Source: Candidatus Arthromitus sp. SFB-rat-Yit (GTDB taxonomy: Bacteria > Bacillota > Clostridia > Clostridiales > Clostridiaceae). From it: 32,000 nucleotides of DNA. The translations under genes and the position numbers were made by a program. The DNA lies in contig NC_016012.1 in NCBI RefSeq assembly GCF_000283555.1, positions 1,440,001 to 1,472,000 of the forward strand, in the 5' to 3' direction. Every line of letters starts with the position of its first letter. The first letter of the stretch is position 1. The notes beneath the pieces are model-generated. The model searched no databases and had not been told where the DNA came from. It saw nothing but the letters and a program-made list of their open reading frames with translations. This document shows, in pieces, positions 29,394-32,000 of this stretch.

Positions 29394-30211
29394 AAGATTT
29401 TAAATATTTTTATAAATTCATTTAATGTTAAATTTTCTGCCCTTTTATTAAAATCGATTCCTATATCATCAGATATCTTTGATAATAATGCTTTATCCTT
29501 ACCAAAATTAGCTAGTACATTATAAAATGTTTTTCTTCTCATTGCAAAGCATCTTTTAACAAATTTCAAAAAATATTCTTCCATTTCTTTAGTCTTAAGT
29601 TTTCTTTTAGGTTGTATTTCAAATTTAATAAATATAGAATCAACCTTAGGTTTGGGTGTGAAATTATTAGATGAAATATATCGAACCACATGGGGTGATG
29701 AAAAATAATTTGCAAAAACAGTTAAAGATCCATATTCCTTCGTGGAAACATCTGCTAAAATACGATCTCCTACTTCTTTTTGCATCATAACACCAATAAA
29801 ATCAATATTGAGATCACTTTTAAATAACTTTTCTAATATAGGAGTCGTTATGTAATATGGTATATTAGCTATAACTTTAAAATTACTATTTAATTTTTCA
29901 AAATTTTTCAAATCAATTTTCATAAAATCATAATGTATAAGTTCAAAATTATCATATTTGTCGAATCTTTCATTTAAAATAGGTATAAGTCTATTGTCTA
30001 TTTCGACTGATATAACTTTCTTTGCTCTTAAAATTAGTTTCTCTGTTAAAGCACCAAATCCAGGTCCAATTTCAATAATAACATCATCTTGTGTAATACA
30101 TAGTTCATCTAATATTTCATTAAGTAAATTATCATTGTTAAAAAAATTCTGTCCTAATGATCCCTTAAATAGAAACCCATACTCCCTCTGTAATTCTCTA
30201 ATATTTGTCAT
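29378..30211 (-). CDS. rsmA: 16S rRNA (adenine1518-N6/adenine1519-N6)-dimethyltransferase
   Basis: SLGQNFFNDNNLLNEIL, VIEIGPGFGALTEKL, IPYYITTPIL; overlaps rnmV. Confidence 0.97.
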   Translation of the reverse strand: MTNIRELQREYGFLFKGSLGQNFFNNDNLLNEILDELCITQDDVIIEIGPGFGALTEKLILRAKKVISVEIDNRLIPILNERFDKYDNFELIHYDFMKIDLKNFEKLNSNFKVIANIPYYITTPILEKLFKSDLNIDFIGVMMQKEVGDRILADVSTKEYGSLTVFANYFSSPHVVRYISSNNFTPKPKVDSIFIKFEIQPKRKLKTKEMEEYFLKFVKRCFAMRRKTFYNVLANFGKDKALLSKISDDIGIDFNKRAENLTLNEFIKIFKILNGVN

Positions 30212-30758
30212 TTATTATCTCCTCTAACTTTTCTAATGAAGATCTAAACATTTCCCTAGATATGTTAAAACTATTTAACCTAGATAAAAATTTTTTTCCA
30301 TTAGATATTCCAATTCCTAAAATATCTCCCAAAATCTCTCTACGTTTCAATGAATTTTTATTCCCTACAAGTTTGTTATCAAATAAATCCTTTTCTGTGA
30401 ACTCATTTCTCTTATAGTTTAACTCACATTTTGCATTTTCTAAAGCTGAAATTATATCTTCAGGCTTAGCATTTTCAACTCCTATATCACCATTTTTAGT
30501 ACTTTTATCTCTTGCTATATAAGCATGTTTAACACCCTTTATATTATCTGCAATTTTCTTTCTTATCCTATCACCTGCAGAATCTGAGTCCATAAGAAGT
30601 ATAACTCCACATCTTTCTTGTGCGTTTTTAATCAAATTCATAGTTTTTTTGGATATACCAAATCCAGATACATATATAACTTCAGCATCAACTCCACGCT
30701 TAACTGCAATTTCATCACATATACCTTCAACTACTATAACTTCCTTAATTTTAATCAT
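30198..30758 (-). CDS. rnmV: Ribonuclease M5
   Basis: Toprim domain EVIVVEGICDEIAVKRGVDAEVIYVSGFGI, ILLMDSDSAGDRIRKKI, KHAYIARDKSTKNGDIGVENA; synteny. Confidence 0.95.
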   Translation of the reverse strand: MIKIKEVIVVEGICDEIAVKRGVDAEVIYVSGFGISKKTMNLIKNAQERCGVILLMDSDSAGDRIRKKIADNIKGVKHAYIARDKSTKNGDIGVENAKPEDIISALENAKCELNYKRNEFTEKDLFDNKLVGNKNSLKRREILGDILGIGISNGKKFLSRLNSFNISREMFRSSLEKLEEIINDKY

Positions 30759-30825
30759 TAAATATCCTCCCCTATAATAAAAAATGCTACAATACTTAAA
30801 ATAAATATTATAGCAAATTTTAAAA

Positions 30826-31881
30826 CTATTCTAATATATATATTCTTATTCCTTTTTTTCTTCCCCAATTATACGCAGCTTCTCTACTCGGCATAAAAAC
30901 ATCTATTATATCTCCCTTTATAGCTCCTCCAGTATCGTGAGCTATGGCAAAACCATACCCCTCAACATATACTTTTGTATTAAGAGGTATAACTTTTGGA
31001 TCAACCGCAATAGTACTCCATCCAGCAGGATTATAAACCGTTGGATTTCCTGTAGCTGTTATGTGATTGCCATTAGATCCACTATTATAAAAAGCGGTGG
31101 ACTCTACTAATTTAGAATACTTTATTAAATATTCTTCACCTAAAAACAGTATTTTTTCTCCATTTAAATGTAAATTAGAAGAGTTTTGTTCTATATATTT
31201 AACACTTCTACTCTTCGTTCCTTTTTCAATTACTTTATCAATGGATTGATCTTCTATACCATCATAAATAATATTACTACTAACTTCAATATTGTTTTCA
31301 TAACGTTTTTCAGTTTTAATAAGTCTTATTCCATTCTTACCTTCTTGGATTAAGTTTTCTTCATCTATATATAAATCATCATTATATATAGTCTTAACTT
31401 CAAAAGGAATTTCTATTCTATCTTCATTGATTTTTATATCAACATATTTAATAAAAATCTCTTCATCTGGAATAATGTAACTATACAAAGATGGCTCAAC
31501 TATATCATTATCATCTATCTTTATTTCTCTCTCTTTCAATAGATCTTCTATAGTTTTGGATGTTGTCATAATTTCATATGGGTCATTATTCCCTAAATAT
31601 AAAACAACCGGGAATGGATTATTTAAAACACCCTCATCTTCATATTCTGTATTAAAAACTCTTGATGGTTCTAATGCCTCCGCCCTATTTTGTAAGACTG
31701 TACTATTTTCTGTTAACATATCTCCAACTTCATTTTCTGCTTTATATGTTGAAATCTCAATTCCATCGACAACAAGTATAACCGGCTTGTTCATATAAAT
31801 AACTAAATAAAATAATATAACAAAAATTAACAAGCTAGCTAAAGAAAACAGCACAGTCTTTATCGACCTTGATTTTACCAT
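30826..31881 (-). CDS. yabE: YabE-like cell-wall protein (TM, ubiquitin-like DUF348, G5, 3D domain)
   Basis: N-terminal TM, MTTSKTIEDLLKEREIKIDDNDIV (DUF348), G5-like middle, 3D domain ITATGNPTVYNPAGWSTIAVDPKVIPLNTKVYVEGYGFAIAHDTGGAIKGDIIDVFM. Confidence 0.93.
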   Translation of the reverse strand: MVKSRSIKTVLFSLASLLIFVILFYLVIYMNKPVILVVDGIEISTYKAENEVGDMLTENSTVLQNRAEALEPSRVFNTEYEDEGVLNNPFPVVLYLGNNDPYEIMTTSKTIEDLLKEREIKIDDNDIVEPSLYSYIIPDEEIFIKYVDIKINEDRIEIPFEVKTIYNDDLYIDEENLIQEGKNGIRLIKTEKRYENNIEVSSNIIYDGIEDQSIDKVIEKGTKSRSVKYIEQNSSNLHLNGEKILFLGEEYLIKYSKLVESTAFYNSGSNGNHITATGNPTVYNPAGWSTIAVDPKVIPLNTKVYVEGYGFAIAHDTGGAIKGDIIDVFMPSREAAYNWGRKKGIRIYILE

Positions 31882-31911
31882 AATTCCCCCCTAATAAAAC
31901 CTTAATATACA

Positions 31912-32000
31912 TTATAAACTTAAAAATTTTGATGCATTTTTATATAACGTATCCCCAATTTTATAGAAGTCTTCATTTTTTACTTCAGCTATTTTTTTTA
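31912..32000 (-). CDS. tatD: TatD-family deoxyribonuclease, C-terminal fragment (runs off window)
   Basis: - strand reads ...KIAEVKNEDFYKIGDTLYKNASKFLSL*, typical of a TatD C-terminus; located upstream of yabE as in Bacillus/Clostridium. Confidence 0.65.
   Translation of the reverse strand, partial: KKIAEVKNEDFYKIGDTLYKNASKFLSL

Overview
This is an AT-rich Clostridia/Firmicutes chromosomal core region, mostly on the - strand. It carries the conserved order (tatD)-yabE-rnmV-rsmA near the right end and mfd-prsA-spoVT-spoVB/yabM-hup-S4-yabP-yabQ-divIC-S1-tRNAs-spoIIE-tilS-hpt-(ftsH) to the left. Between them are murC, asnS, glmU, prs, pth, a two-component system, spoVG and pepA. The content is consistent with a host-associated or reduced spore-former such as 'Candidatus Arthromitus' (segmented filamentous bacteria), but the organism cannot be confirmed from sequence alone. 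I found no CRISPR array, transposon, phage or defence island. The main anomalies are: (1) mfd is split into two overlapping frames exactly at an A8 homopolymer, with both halves otherwise intact; (2) three full-length ORFs keep recognisable folds but lack canonical catalytic or metal residues: an HtrA-like protein next to a histidine kinase/response regulator pair, a YfcE-like phosphoesterase, and an alpha/beta hydrolase; (3) the initiator tRNA has U1:A72 instead of the usual C1xA72 mismatch; (4) several rho-independent terminators have the stop codon inside the hairpin; (5) the mazG/yabN gene expected next to yabM is absent. These are anomalies in a housekeeping region and do not amount to a clearly new biological system.
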